Below are positions 8,640 through 18,649 of a stretch of 64,000 nucleotides of DNA, one piece after another. The stretch is from contig JADFLG010000002.1 of the NCBI GenBank assembly GCA_022564545.1, forward strand, positions 203 through 64,202, given 5' to 3'. Below the pieces are notes generated by a model. That model was given only the letters and a program-made list of their open reading frames with translations, made no database searches and was not told the DNA's origin. Each line of letters starts with the position of its first letter. The first letter of the stretch is position 1. The DNA is from Chloroflexota bacterium. GTDB taxonomy: Bacteria; Chloroflexota; Dehalococcoidia; Lucifugimonadales; Lucifugimonadaceae. A program made the translations under genes and the position numbers.

Positions 8640-9959
8640 ATGACCGAACAACACGATCACACCCGACCGCACAGGCACCACTACGACGAAGAGATGCTGA
8701 GTGTTGAAGAGGCGCGAGATCGCATCCTCTCGTACTTCGACAAGCTGCCAGCCGTCGAAACGCCCCTGATCAACGCACTCGGCCAGGTCCTGGCTGAAGA
8801 GCTGGTTGCACCCTTTGACATACCGCCACTCGCGAATTCGGCAATGGACGGTTACGCCGTAATTGCTGCCGATACCACAGGAGCGACCAGTGGAGCCCCC
8901 GTCGAGTTGCCGGTTGTTGGAGTTATCGCGGCGGGACAGTTACCCGAGCGGCCCCTGACCTCTGGTACGGTCATCCGCATCATGACAGGCGCTCCGGTGC
9001 CTGAAAATTCCGACGCCGTTGTGCCGTTCGAGGACACGGACGAGTTGGAACGCCAGAAATCGGGCAGGTCGGCAAGTGCAATTTCGATTAACGTCGAAGC
9101 GCTGCCCGGCAACAACGTTCGTGACGCCGGGGAGGACGTCAAGGCCGGCACGACCGTTTTTGGTGAAGGCGTAATTTTGAGGGCCGGTCAGATAGGTGTG
9201 ATTGCATCGCTTGGCCGGGCCACGATACGGGCGATTCGACGTCCGGTAGTGGCAATTGTTTCGACGGGCGATGAGCTGCTGGAGCCGGGCGAGGAACACC
9301 AGGAAGGCAAGATATACAACTCGAATGCGTACGGTGTCGCCGCGATGGTCACCCGGTACGGTGGCGTACCGAAGATCATGGGGATAGCCCGGGACACGGT
9401 CGAATCACTGGAAGCCGCACTGGAAGCTGCCCTTGAAATCGCCGATCTCGTCGTGACGTCGGCCGGTGTTTCCAAAGGCGACTACGATGTCGTGAAGGAC
9501 GTACTCTCGTCGAAGGGCGAGATAGCGCTGTGGTCGGTGCGAATGCGCCCGGCGAAACCGCTTGCGTTCGGGGTGTTGAAGCGCAAAGACGGAACCAGGG
9601 TCCCTCATCTCGGCCTGCCCGGAAATCCGGTAAGCGCGATGGTGGCCTTCGAGCAGTTTGGCCGTCCTGCGCTACGGCTCATGATGGGCAAGGTGCGGGC
9701 CGAGAAGCCATCGATCGAGGCGGTCATGGACGACCCGATTCACAACTACGACGGGCGCCGCGTTTATGCCAGGGTGCATGCGTATCGGGACGAGGCGGGC
9801 GTGTATCACGCCAGGCTGGCCGGTAATCAGAGTTCGGGCGTACTCACTTCGATGGCGCAGGCAAACGGGTTAGCCATCTGTCCCGATGACGTTGCTATGA
9901 TTGGTGCGGGCGAAATTGCCAGGGTCGAGATGCTCGACTGGCCCGACGATATTTTCTAA
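8640..9959 (+). CDS. moeA: molybdopterin molybdotransferase
   Basis: 439 aa. MoeA motifs: NSAMDGYAV, VSTGDEL, TSAGVSKGDYD. Confidence 0.88.
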   Translation: MTEQHDHTRPHRHHYDEEMLSVEEARDRILSYFDKLPAVETPLINALGQVLAEELVAPFDIPPLANSAMDGYAVIAADTTGATSGAPVELPVVGVIAAGQLPERPLTSGTVIRIMTGAPVPENSDAVVPFEDTDELERQKSGRSASAISINVEALPGNNVRDAGEDVKAGTTVFGEGVILRAGQIGVIASLGRATIRAIRRPVVAIVSTGDELLEPGEEHQEGKIYNSNAYGVAAMVTRYGGVPKIMGIARDTVESLEAALEAALEIADLVVTSAGVSKGDYDVVKDVLSSKGEIALWSVRMRPAKPLAFGVLKRKDGTRVPHLGLPGNPVSAMVAFEQFGRPALRLMMGKVRAEKPSIEAVMDDPIHNYDGRRVYARVHAYRDEAGVYHARLAGNQSSGVLTSMAQANGLAICPDDVAMIGAGEIARVEMLDWPDDIF

Positions 9960-10015
9960 CACTATTCGTGCGCTGTTGCGCGTTACTGGCCGTGCGTTGC
10001 CGCGCTGAAAAGTCC

Positions 10016-10486
10016 ATGACCAACCAGACAGAACAGATAGAGCAGACCCCCGCAGAACCAGTTGAGGAACCGAAATACCAGATCGATGTGAAGGCGTATG
10101 AGGCGGCAGGTCGATCATTCGCTTTTGCCGTTTACTCACGGCTCTCACCAGGCGGCAAATCGGTTGTTGACGATGGCAAGACGCCGGGTGGGTTCGGCTC
10201 GGCGTCCGAGTATATGAAGGTGATTGCGAACATCTGCTCGAAGGAGCCGGACTTCCTTCTTCCGGGCACTCCGATCACCGAGGCCGTGTTCAAGCTCCTG
10301 CTGGCGAACACAAACAAGGCCATGACGCTCGACGAGATTCAATCGGGCCTTACCACGGCGTGGGCGAGCGTGATTTACCTGAAAAATCTATCGGACGAAA
10401 TTCTCCATCGAATGCTCAATCAGGAGAACGATTACTTCATTAAGCGGGCGGTAATTCGCCGCCGCCGCCGTGGTGCCCAGCGGTGA
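10016..10486 (+). CDS. hypothetical protein
   Basis: 156 aa from ATG 10016 (the track ORF starts at GTG 9968). Acidic N-terminus, no family recognised. The last 47 nt overlap the convergent acyP ORF. Confidence 0.45.
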   Translation: MTNQTEQIEQTPAEPVEEPKYQIDVKAYEAAGRSFAFAVYSRLSPGGKSVVDDGKTPGGFGSASEYMKVIANICSKEPDFLLPGTPITEAVFKLLLANTNKAMTLDEIQSGLTTAWASVIYLKNLSDEILHRMLNQENDYFIKRAVIRRRRRGAQR

Positions 10487-10796
10487 AAATTCCCTGAAGA
10501 ATTTTGAAGCCCTTTTCTTTGGCCGGGTTTTCGCCGGGGGCTTCAATTATCTCGGTTTCAACCCGCTCGATACGGGAGCCACGCGGACCCAGGCCCACCG
10601 CCGTTATCAATTCGTCCAGAACTTGCCGGGGTGCCGTGGCCTGCAGTTGTACCGAGCCATCGGGCAGATTTTTCACCCAGCCGGATACATCGAGCCGGTC
10701 GGCTGTGTTCGCGACGAATATCCTGAAACCTACGCCCTGGACCCTCCCGTGAACGGTCACGCGGACGGTTGCGATTTCGTGACTATTTACGCTCAT
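10440..10796 (-). CDS. acyP: acylphosphatase
   Basis: 118 aa. Signatures are VHGRVQGVGFR and GWVKNLPDGSV. It has a ~35-aa tail beyond the usual domain. Confidence 0.8.
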   Translation of the reverse strand: MSVNSHEIATVRVTVHGRVQGVGFRIFVANTADRLDVSGWVKNLPDGSVQLQATAPRQVLDELITAVGLGPRGSRIERVETEIIEAPGENPAKEKGFKILQGIFTAGHHGGGGELPPA

Positions 10797-11736
10797 CGTC
10801 AGGATATTCGTGGTGACTGTCAGAGGGTTTTGCAGAGGACGCGGCGGCGCTCGACCGCCGGGGCCGCCTGGCGGCTTTCCGGAACGATTTGCGCTCTTCC
10901 TCGGCGAACCACCTGAAGAAAAGTATGGTCATCGTGGTGAGAAACACGAAATTTCCCGGTATCCACATCAACAGGCCGCCAATTCGCTGGTCTTCCGTTG
11001 GCGACCAGCCGAAGTGTCCCGGACTGTCGAGGTAGAAATCGAATATGACTGATTTCGAGAGTGTGATGACGGCTGCCAGCAGCGCTGCGGGTGTGACCGC
11101 GAGCAACAGGAATACTATCCGTTGCGGGTACGAAAGCCGGGTCCGGACGGGCGGCGGCCCGACGATGGGCCACCAGAACAAGACCGCCGCGGCGAACATG
11201 GTGAAGTGCATGAACAGGTGCACCCACTCATTCTCCAGTGAAGCGTTGTAGGCCGCAGGGATGTGCCAGCCGTACAGCGAGCCCAGGAACAGCGGCAGGG
11301 CCACTACGGGGCGGGTGAGGAGCCTGAGAACCCGGATGACGACCGAGGCTTCTGTGAGCGCCGTCCCTGCGCCTGTGCGCAGAGGTCGTGGGAAAGCCCA
11401 GATGTACGCTGCCATTGGTCGGGCGACCAGCAGGAGCGGGGCAGCGAACATCGCGATCACGATGTGCTGGGATGTGTGTGCGGCGAAAAGGTCGCTCGCG
11501 TAGACGTCCAGTGGACCGGCCAGCGCGAACGCCAGGAGCGCAAAGCCGGTCAGGCCTGCGGCGAATTTCGCCCAGAAGCTCCGGTCTGCTCTGGCCCGCA
11601 TCGACAGGCGTATGGAGCCAGCCACGTAGGCGGCTGCCAGCAACAGGAGCAAAACAGCTGGCGGGGATGAAAAATCCCAGGCGTATGCGAACTTGCCGAA
11701 GCTGTCGATTAGATCGCGTTCTGAGCCGCCGTTCAT
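10783..11736 (-). CDS. cytochrome c oxidase assembly protein (Caa3_CtaG-type membrane protein)
   Basis: 317-aa polytopic membrane protein directly downstream of the oxidase subunit genes. The call rests on context plus the TM pattern. Confidence 0.6.
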   Translation of the reverse strand: MNGGSERDLIDSFGKFAYAWDFSSPPAVLLLLLAAAYVAGSIRLSMRARADRSFWAKFAAGLTGFALLAFALAGPLDVYASDLFAAHTSQHIVIAMFAAPLLLVARPMAAYIWAFPRPLRTGAGTALTEASVVIRVLRLLTRPVVALPLFLGSLYGWHIPAAYNASLENEWVHLFMHFTMFAAAVLFWWPIVGPPPVRTRLSYPQRIVFLLLAVTPAALLAAVITLSKSVIFDFYLDSPGHFGWSPTEDQRIGGLLMWIPGNFVFLTTMTILFFRWFAEEERKSFRKAARRPRRSSAAASSAKPSDSHHEYPDDERK

Positions 11737-11864
11737 GGCGTCGGACCGTCCCGGGTGTTGGACCCAACTATTGGAACCAGGTTTGTACGGGCCCGAGAAA
11801 ATCGGGCCCTGGTGGCAGCGGTATTAGACGGTCAGCGTACGCGGAGACGGGGTGCGGAGACTGG

Positions 11865-12302
11865 CTACTGGACCTGGTTGCCAAATTGCTGGAGCAGCAG
11901 GAGCAGCGAGAACATTGATATTCCGATGATCATGGACGCTGCGAAGATGTATGTGAACAGCCGGCCGTCGAACCGCAGGTGCATGAAGAAAGCGACCACG
12001 GCGACGAACTTCATCGTCGACAGGCCCAGCAGGATTGGTATGTACAGTCCACCCAGCCCCTGCAGGGTGAACAGCCATACCTCAAGCAGGGTGATCACGC
12101 CCAGGAACAGCCCGACCAACCAGTAGAAACCGGGGCCGGCATGCGACACACCACCGTGCGTGACCGTGCGCCAGATGTTACCGAGCCACGCACCGCCGAT
12201 CGGACCTTCGTATGGAGGGTCTGCTTCCTGGCTGGCAGTGTGTGGCAGGTTCCACCACCCGTTGCCCCTGTGGTATGTAAGTTTTCGCCAGAGATTCGCC
12301 AT
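11865..12302 (-). CDS. cytochrome c oxidase subunit IV-like (prokaryotic COX4 family)
   Basis: 145 aa. The C-terminal half has 3 TM helices and the KFVAVVAFFMHLRFD signature. Confidence 0.7.
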   Translation of the reverse strand: MANLWRKLTYHRGNGWWNLPHTASQEADPPYEGPIGGAWLGNIWRTVTHGGVSHAGPGFYWLVGLFLGVITLLEVWLFTLQGLGGLYIPILLGLSTMKFVAVVAFFMHLRFDGRLFTYIFAASMIIGISMFSLLLLLQQFGNQVQ

Positions 12303-12330
12303 TTTTGGCTCCCGCGCCTATCCCCTGTCC

Positions 12331-13014
12331 CTAACCATGAAGAAGTTCAGCACCCGGTGGTGGCCCATCGTTCGCCGATATCAGGTAGATAACCGTGAAA
12401 ATTACGATCCAGACGATGTCGACGAAGTGCCAGTAAAGACCGGCTATCTCGAGGTCCAGAGCGTTGTCGGCGCGGAGCCTGCCTGTATGTGACCCGTGCG
12501 CCAGGAAGGCCATCCAGATCACGCCGATAGTGACGTGAGCTCCGTGGATGCCGGTAAGGATGAAGAACGTCGTCCCGAAAATATTTACTTTCGGCGTCAG
12601 CCCCTCGATCACAAAGATTCGGAACTCGACCACCTGGAAGGCGATAAACACTCCTCCGAGCAGCACCACGCCAAGGATCCAGAGGGTCGCCTTGTTCTTT
12701 TCTCCTTCTCGCACGTAGTAGAGACCCAGAACCATGGCGAGCGAACTCATCAACAATACGAAGGTCGATACAGACGTGACGGGAATATTGAGAATTTCCG
12801 AAGGGTACGGGCCGTTGAGGCTCCGACCGCGGTAGACGAGGTAGGTGGCGATAAATGCGCCGAAGAACATCACGTCGGAACCGAGGAAAGTCCACATCAG
12901 GAGCTTTCGACTGTTCAACCCGGTCGAAGTATCTTCGAAATCTACTATCCGGGCGTGTTGTTCTGTCGGGGTGTATTTTTCTGCCGGTGGGGCCTGTGTC
13001 ACGTTCGTTGCCAT
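12331..13014 (-). CDS. ctaE: heme-copper oxidase subunit III
   Basis: Motifs: FFILTGIHGAHVTIGV and HFVDIVWIVIF. The track ORF (to 13113) would overlap ctaD, so ATG 13014 (MATNVTQ...) is preferred. Confidence 0.85.
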   Translation of the reverse strand: MATNVTQAPPAEKYTPTEQHARIVDFEDTSTGLNSRKLLMWTFLGSDVMFFGAFIATYLVYRGRSLNGPYPSEILNIPVTSVSTFVLLMSSLAMVLGLYYVREGEKNKATLWILGVVLLGGVFIAFQVVEFRIFVIEGLTPKVNIFGTTFFILTGIHGAHVTIGVIWMAFLAHGSHTGRLRADNALDLEIAGLYWHFVDIVWIVIFTVIYLISANDGPPPGAELLHG

Positions 13015-13063
13015 TTTGATTTTATTGGGGATTTTCTTTGAAGGCGGGAAATGAGACTCGGTG

Positions 13064-15013
13064 TTATGAGGTTTTGGTCTCAGGGTCGTTGACGGGCTCC
13101 ATCGACCAACCAAACAGACCCCAGATAAAGACCGGAGCGCCAGCGATGATCACACCCCAGTGCGTGAGGAACCCGATGCCGAAGATTCCGAGCCCGATCG
13201 CCAGGATGATCGGATAGTAAGACATATCTGGCAGGTGAATTTTGTCGTGACCGTGCTCGCCGGCATCGTGTCCGTATGCACCGCCAGACACCACTGGCAT
13301 GCTCTCTTCATCTGTGTCGTCATCGACCTGGGCACCCGAAGGCACCGTCTGGTCGTGTTCGCCATGCCCGTAGTACTCGGCAATGGTTTCCGGGTACTTT
13401 TTGAACCAGAAGTCGTCGCGGTACTCGACCTGCGGAATCTCATCGAAGTCGTGCGGAGGCGGCGGTGAAGATGTAGACCACTCCAGTGTGCGACCGTCCC
13501 ATGGGTCGGCCGGTGCAACCCTCTTCTGTATCCGAGAGACGACCAGGTTGATCATGAAAATGAGCACGCCGAGGCCGAGGATGAAGCCGCCGATTGAAGC
13601 AAGCAGGTTCGTGCCTTCCCAGCCCATGTTTTCAGCGTAGGTGTAGATGCGCCGGGGCATCCCGTCCAGTCCCACCCAGTGCAGCGGGGCGAACTGGATG
13701 TTGAAGCCGATGAACATGAGCGCCCAGTTGGCGATTCCAAGCTTTTCGTTCAGGTACCAGCCGGTGAACTTCGGCCACCAGTAGTAGATTCCGCTGAATA
13801 TCCCGAGCAGCGACCCGCCGACCAGCACGTAGTGGAAGTGGGCGACGATGAAGTAGGTATCCTGCTGCTGAGCGTCGGCGGTCGGCGCCGCGTGCATGAT
13901 GCCGCTGAGCCCGCCGATAGTGAACATGGCGATAAACGAGATTGAAAACAGCATCGCCGTGTTCAGGCGGATATTCCCGCGCCACATCGTGGCGATCCAG
14001 TTGAAAATCTTTATGCCGGTCGGGACGCCGATCAGCATCGTGGAAATTGTGAATGCCGAGTTAGCAGCCGGGCCAAGGCCGACCGTAAACATGTGGTGGC
14101 TCCAGACGAACCAACCCATAAACGCGATGACAATACCTGCAAACACGACAAACGGGTATCCGAACAACGGTTTCCGCGAGAAGGTGGGGAGCACCTCGGA
14201 GACAATTCCCATCGCAGGAAGGATCAGGATGTACACCTCCGGGTGGCCGAATAACCAGAAGATGTGCTGCCACATCACGGGGTCACCGCCGCCGAGGGGG
14301 TTGAAGAAGTTCGTGCCGTAAAGGCGATCGGTCTGGAGCTGGATGCCTGCGACGGCCAGGATGGGCATCGCCAGCACGATCAGGATTGACGTGATCAGGG
14401 TCATCCAGGTGAAGACCGGCAACTTGAACATGCTCATGCCGGGAGCGCGCATGTTGAGTATCGTGACGATGAAGTTAAGACCTGCCGCAATCGACGCGAC
14501 ACCGAGGAGGTTCAGGCCGATGGCCCAGTAGGTCATTCCCAGTCCCGGGTTGTAGTCGATACCGGAGTTTGGCGCATACCCGAACCAGCCGCCGTTAGGG
14601 GCGTCCCCGGTGACCCAACCGGCGTTGATGAGCAGCGAGCCGATCAGGAATATCCAGAAACTCAACGCGTTGAGCCGGGGGAACGCCACGTCTCGGGCAC
14701 CAATCTGGAGAGGGATCAGCCAGTTAAAGAACGCTGCTGAGAGCGGCATGATGACCAGAAACACCATTGTCGTGCCGTGCATTGTGAACAGCTGGTTGTA
14801 CGTTTCGGGGCCGACGAACGTGTTTTCAGCCGACGAGAGCTGAATGCGCATCAGGAGCGCTTCAATTCCGGCTATGAGGAACCAGATGAACGCGGTGATG
14901 CCGTAAAGGGTTCCAATCCGCTTATGATCTACTGTTCCTATCCAGCTCCAAATTCCCCATTCGGCCTTGGGCCGTGGGAAGAGCCTCGGGAATGTCAGAG
15001 CTTTTGTTGTCAC
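13064..15013 (-). CDS. ctaD: cytochrome c oxidase subunit I with C-terminal two-helix extension
   Basis: 649 aa. Motifs: FGHPEVYILILP and WSHHMFTVG. About 100 extra C-terminal residues form a His/Asp-rich linker plus two hydrophobic helices. Confidence 0.93.
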   Translation of the reverse strand: MTTKALTFPRLFPRPKAEWGIWSWIGTVDHKRIGTLYGITAFIWFLIAGIEALLMRIQLSSAENTFVGPETYNQLFTMHGTTMVFLVIMPLSAAFFNWLIPLQIGARDVAFPRLNALSFWIFLIGSLLINAGWVTGDAPNGGWFGYAPNSGIDYNPGLGMTYWAIGLNLLGVASIAAGLNFIVTILNMRAPGMSMFKLPVFTWMTLITSILIVLAMPILAVAGIQLQTDRLYGTNFFNPLGGGDPVMWQHIFWLFGHPEVYILILPAMGIVSEVLPTFSRKPLFGYPFVVFAGIVIAFMGWFVWSHHMFTVGLGPAANSAFTISTMLIGVPTGIKIFNWIATMWRGNIRLNTAMLFSISFIAMFTIGGLSGIMHAAPTADAQQQDTYFIVAHFHYVLVGGSLLGIFSGIYYWWPKFTGWYLNEKLGIANWALMFIGFNIQFAPLHWVGLDGMPRRIYTYAENMGWEGTNLLASIGGFILGLGVLIFMINLVVSRIQKRVAPADPWDGRTLEWSTSSPPPPHDFDEIPQVEYRDDFWFKKYPETIAEYYGHGEHDQTVPSGAQVDDDTDEESMPVVSGGAYGHDAGEHGHDKIHLPDMSYYPIILAIGLGIFGIGFLTHWGVIIAGAPVFIWGLFGWSMEPVNDPETKTS

Positions 15014-15059
15014 GAGTGCGCTCCGCTGCTGGACGGCATGTGACCGTCCGTGCAGGTGG

Positions 15060-16550
15060 TTACTTCAGTGTCTTCAGATAGGTTACAAGGGCATCGATCT
15101 TGTCATCGCCGAGATGTCCCCAGGGAGGCATCAGATTATTGAACCCGGGAACGATAGAGGCACCGGGCTCTCTAATCGACTGCTCGATGTACTCGTCTGC
15201 GCTCAGGCCCTGAACTCTGGACGCAGCCCGCTCACCTACCCCGGCAAGCCCCGGGCCGATCTTCGTGTCATCGCCAGTTGAGTGGCAGCCCGTGCAATTC
15301 GTTGCGAACACGGCTGCTCCATCAACGCTACCGCTGTCCGGAGAATCTGCCGTGTCATCGCCCGACCCAGAACCCGGCTTGAGCGAGAGCAGGTACGTGG
15401 CGATGTCGGAAATTTCACTTTCGCTCAACCCCGGCTTGCCATCGGGTCTGAGCTCGCCATCGGGCGTGCGATAGATCGCAGCGTGTTTCTGCATGCGGGT
15501 TCCGATCTTGATGGAAGACGGGTCTGTAATCCAAGCGACCAGCGAGTCCTGGTTAAGGTCCTTGAGGCCCGCACCAAGGGTAATGTGGTCGCCAAAGTTA
15601 GTCAGGTTAGGTGCTGAAACGATCAATGAATTTTCGGTATCTGAAATCCATCCATTCCAGCGGGCCTGTTGAGTATTGATTTCCTGGGCGTATGAGCCCG
15701 GGCTGGTGGAGTTATTTGTGTGGCAGGTCGAACAGTTGGCTGCGAACAACTGTTGACCTGCGGCTTCAGGCGAACCGGGGGCAGGTGCGTCGGGTGCGGT
15801 ATGCATGCCATCAAGCCACGCCTGGAAATCCTCCTCAGTCTGGACGATTACGCGGAAGCGCATGTGCGCGTGGGCGATACCGCAGAACTCCGCACACTGG
15901 CCGTAGAACGTGCCCACTTCCGAGCCGATCATCCACATGAAGTTGTCGTTGAGCGGGACCATGTCGACCTTGCCGGCGATCTTCGGTACCCAGAAGCTGT
16001 GGACGACGTCTTGAGACACAATCTTGAACGAGATAGGCCGACCGACAGGGATATGCAGTTCGTTCGCGGTAATGACTTCGTGGTCGGGGTATCGAAATTC
16101 GAACCACCACTGGTGCCCGATCGCCTCTACATTCAGAACCTCACCCAGGTCGTCGGGTACACCGCTCTGCTGACCCCAGATTTGGGCCAGCGTGGGGATG
16201 GCGACTCCGATGAGAATTATGGCCGGGACGATCGTCCAGGTGATCTCAAGCTTGGTGTTTCCGTGGGTCTGGTAAGGGAGCTTGTCGGAATCGGAGCGGC
16301 GCCGGTATCGAATGGCCGCATAAATCACCGCGCCTTCGACGAGAACAAACACAACGGCCGCAATCCAGAAAATGAACTTGAACAGGTTCGCCTGGTCTTC
16401 AGCTATCGGACCGGCAGTGCCGAACGTGGACTGTGCATTGTCGGGTGTGCACGCTGCCAGCAGGGCTATGGCGACCGGGGCCAGCAGCAGGGCCGCCGTG
16501 CCCATCCGGGCCGAAGGCAATGGGAAGAAAGACTTGGAAACTCGGAACAT
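15060..16550 (-). CDS. ctaC: cytochrome c oxidase subunit II fused to two c-type cytochrome domains
   Basis: 496 aa. CuA site CAEFCGIAHAHM and HSFWVPKIAGK. Two C-terminal CxxCH motifs (CSTCH, CTGCH). Confidence 0.9.
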   Translation of the reverse strand: MFRVSKSFFPLPSARMGTAALLLAPVAIALLAACTPDNAQSTFGTAGPIAEDQANLFKFIFWIAAVVFVLVEGAVIYAAIRYRRRSDSDKLPYQTHGNTKLEITWTIVPAIILIGVAIPTLAQIWGQQSGVPDDLGEVLNVEAIGHQWWFEFRYPDHEVITANELHIPVGRPISFKIVSQDVVHSFWVPKIAGKVDMVPLNDNFMWMIGSEVGTFYGQCAEFCGIAHAHMRFRVIVQTEEDFQAWLDGMHTAPDAPAPGSPEAAGQQLFAANCSTCHTNNSTSPGSYAQEINTQQARWNGWISDTENSLIVSAPNLTNFGDHITLGAGLKDLNQDSLVAWITDPSSIKIGTRMQKHAAIYRTPDGELRPDGKPGLSESEISDIATYLLSLKPGSGSGDDTADSPDSGSVDGAAVFATNCTGCHSTGDDTKIGPGLAGVGERAASRVQGLSADEYIEQSIREPGASIVPGFNNLMPPWGHLGDDKIDALVTYLKTLK

Positions 16551-16762
16551 CTGGGAGCAGTGACGTGAAAGTCTGGCTGTTGACCGTTTCGGGGCAAAAA
16601 AACGCCGACCTCAATGATCGGCAAATTGGCATAAAAGTCCTGAAAAGCGTAACACTCGCCTTTTGCCCCCGCAACGGTCAATGATTGACGAATAGCTGAC
16701 CTTTTTCTATCACCTTTTTTTTCAACGGGGCTGGCCCGACACCGGACACACGCGGTAGGTTT

Positions 16763-17416
16763 GTGTCGATGATTAAAAAACTGCTGGTCGCGACCCACAA
16801 TTCGGGCAAGGTACGTGAGTTCTCGCGCATGCTGTCGGCAATGGGCTTCGACGTGGCCTTCGAGATCGTGGGACTGGACGACCTCGGCATTGATCTTGAT
16901 GTCGAAGAGGCAGGCACCACGTTCGAAGAGAACTCTGTCCTCAAAGCCAGGGCTTACGCTGCGGCTTCGGGCGTGCTGACACTTGCCGACGATTCCGGAC
17001 TGGTGGTCGATGCCCTGGACGGGGCTCCGGGTGTAAATTCCGCTCGCTACGGCGGGGCCAAACTTAACGACGAGGGGCGAGTACAACTGCTGCTCGACAA
17101 TATGAAGGGGGTCCCCGGTTGGGATAGGACTGCGAGGTTCGTGGCGGTCCTGGCGTTGGCTGGTGCCGAGTTACAGGGGCCGCCAGAGATACCGGGCGTG
17201 CAAGGGGGGCTCGTGACGAGCGAGGGTGTCCTTGAGGGCGCAATTGCCCACCAGCCTATCGGTGCCAACGGATTCGGATATGACCCGGTCTTCTGGCTGG
17301 CTTCCCGCACGAAAACGACGGCACAGCTCACTGGACCTGAGAAAGATGCAATTAGCCACCGTGGTGCGGCACTCCGTGGACTGCTGGAGACACTCGAAAC
17401 GGTCAGTAAGCGTTGA
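16763..17416 (+). CDS. rdgB: dITP/XTP pyrophosphatase (RdgB/HAM1 family)
   Basis: 217 aa. Motifs: ATHNSGKVREF, GFGYDPVF, ISHRGAA. Confidence 0.88.
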   Translation: MSMIKKLLVATHNSGKVREFSRMLSAMGFDVAFEIVGLDDLGIDLDVEEAGTTFEENSVLKARAYAAASGVLTLADDSGLVVDALDGAPGVNSARYGGAKLNDEGRVQLLLDNMKGVPGWDRTARFVAVLALAGAELQGPPEIPGVQGGLVTSEGVLEGAIAHQPIGANGFGYDPVFWLASRTKTTAQLTGPEKDAISHRGAALRGLLETLETVSKR

Positions 17417-17506
17417 GGGCGAATCAGCGCCAGCGAACCTGTGACCGGAGTGTTTCCCCGGTATTATTGAAACGAGCGGGTTCGATCCCCGCCCCGACTG
17501 GCTCAT

Positions 17507-18556
17507 ATGTCGCAATCACCTGAATTCCCACCTGTTCGAGAAATTGCCGATAAGTTCGGCCGGCCTGTTCGCGACCTGCGTATTTCTGTAACGGACCGCT
17601 GCAATTTCAGGTGCCCGTACTGCATGCCAGCCGAGATATTCGGCGAGAAGTACGAATTCCTCCCCCGGCCACACATCCTCACCTTCGAGGAAATTGAACG
17701 GTTGGCGAGGCTCTTCGTCGCGGCCGGGGTTTCAAAGATACGGGTCACTGGCGGCGAACCGCTGGTCCGGGCCGACCTTCCAGAGCTGATCTCGAAACTG
17801 TCGGCAATCGATGGCGTCGACGATCTCACGCTGACCACAAATGGATATCTGCTGGCCCAGCATGCGGCGGCTCTGAAGGACGCGGGCCTGAACCGTCTGA
17901 CGATATCTCTTGATTCCCTTGACGAAGAAGTCTTCAAAAAAATGTCCGGTCGACCACAGGGGCCAGAAAAGACCCTTGAAGGCATCAGGGTGGCGTCCGA
18001 ACTGGGTTTTTCACCGATCAAGATCAATGTCGTGGTGCAGCGGGGCATGAACGAGCACACCCTGGTGGACACAGCCCGGCACTTCAGGGGCACTGGAGCG
18101 ATCGTCCGTTTCATCGAGTTCATGGACGTTGGGACCAGGAACGGCTGGGAGCTTTCGAAGGTCGTTACGGCCAGCGAGATTCTCGAATTGATCGGTGCGG
18201 AGTTCCCAATCGAGCCGGTCAGCCCCAACTACCGCGGCGAGGTCGCGAGCAGGTACAGGTACACGGACGGCGAAGGAGAGATCGGGATCATCTCGTCGGT
18301 GTCGGTGCCGTTCTGCGGAGATTGCTCAAGGGCGCGCCTTTCGACCGACGGGAAGCTGTTCACATGCCTGTTCGCTTCCAGCGGGACCGACCTGAAAACG
18401 CCAATGCGGGACGGTGCGAGCGACGCTGAGCTTGCCGAGATTATCGGCAGGGTATGGAGGAAGCGCGACGACCGCTACTCGGAGCTGCGTTCCAAAGTTA
18501 CCGAGTTCGCGGACGCGGCGGGTGACAGGGTCGAAATGTATTACATCGGTGGCTGA
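17507..18556 (+). CDS. moaA: GTP 3',8-cyclase
   Basis: 349 aa. Radical-SAM CNFRCPYCMP motif and a C-terminal ...YYIGG tail. Confidence 0.92.
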   Translation: MSQSPEFPPVREIADKFGRPVRDLRISVTDRCNFRCPYCMPAEIFGEKYEFLPRPHILTFEEIERLARLFVAAGVSKIRVTGGEPLVRADLPELISKLSAIDGVDDLTLTTNGYLLAQHAAALKDAGLNRLTISLDSLDEEVFKKMSGRPQGPEKTLEGIRVASELGFSPIKINVVVQRGMNEHTLVDTARHFRGTGAIVRFIEFMDVGTRNGWELSKVVTASEILELIGAEFPIEPVSPNYRGEVASRYRYTDGEGEIGIISSVSVPFCGDCSRARLSTDGKLFTCLFASSGTDLKTPMRDGASDAELAEIIGRVWRKRDDRYSELRSKVTEFADAAGDRVEMYYIGG

Positions 18557-18649
18557 TCACATTCGTACGGGTCGGCGTGTCGGTGGTGAACAGTGCGTTC
18601 CAGGATAAGGTCAAATCGTGCCAGGAGGGCCGAGCCGGACCGGGTACGG

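Noticed and set aside
10440-10486. 47-nt convergent overlap of the hypothetical gene 10016..10486 with acyP.
   Set aside because: It probably reflects unconstrained C-terminal tails (RRRRRGAQR and GHHGGGGELPPA). There is no evidence of functional significance.
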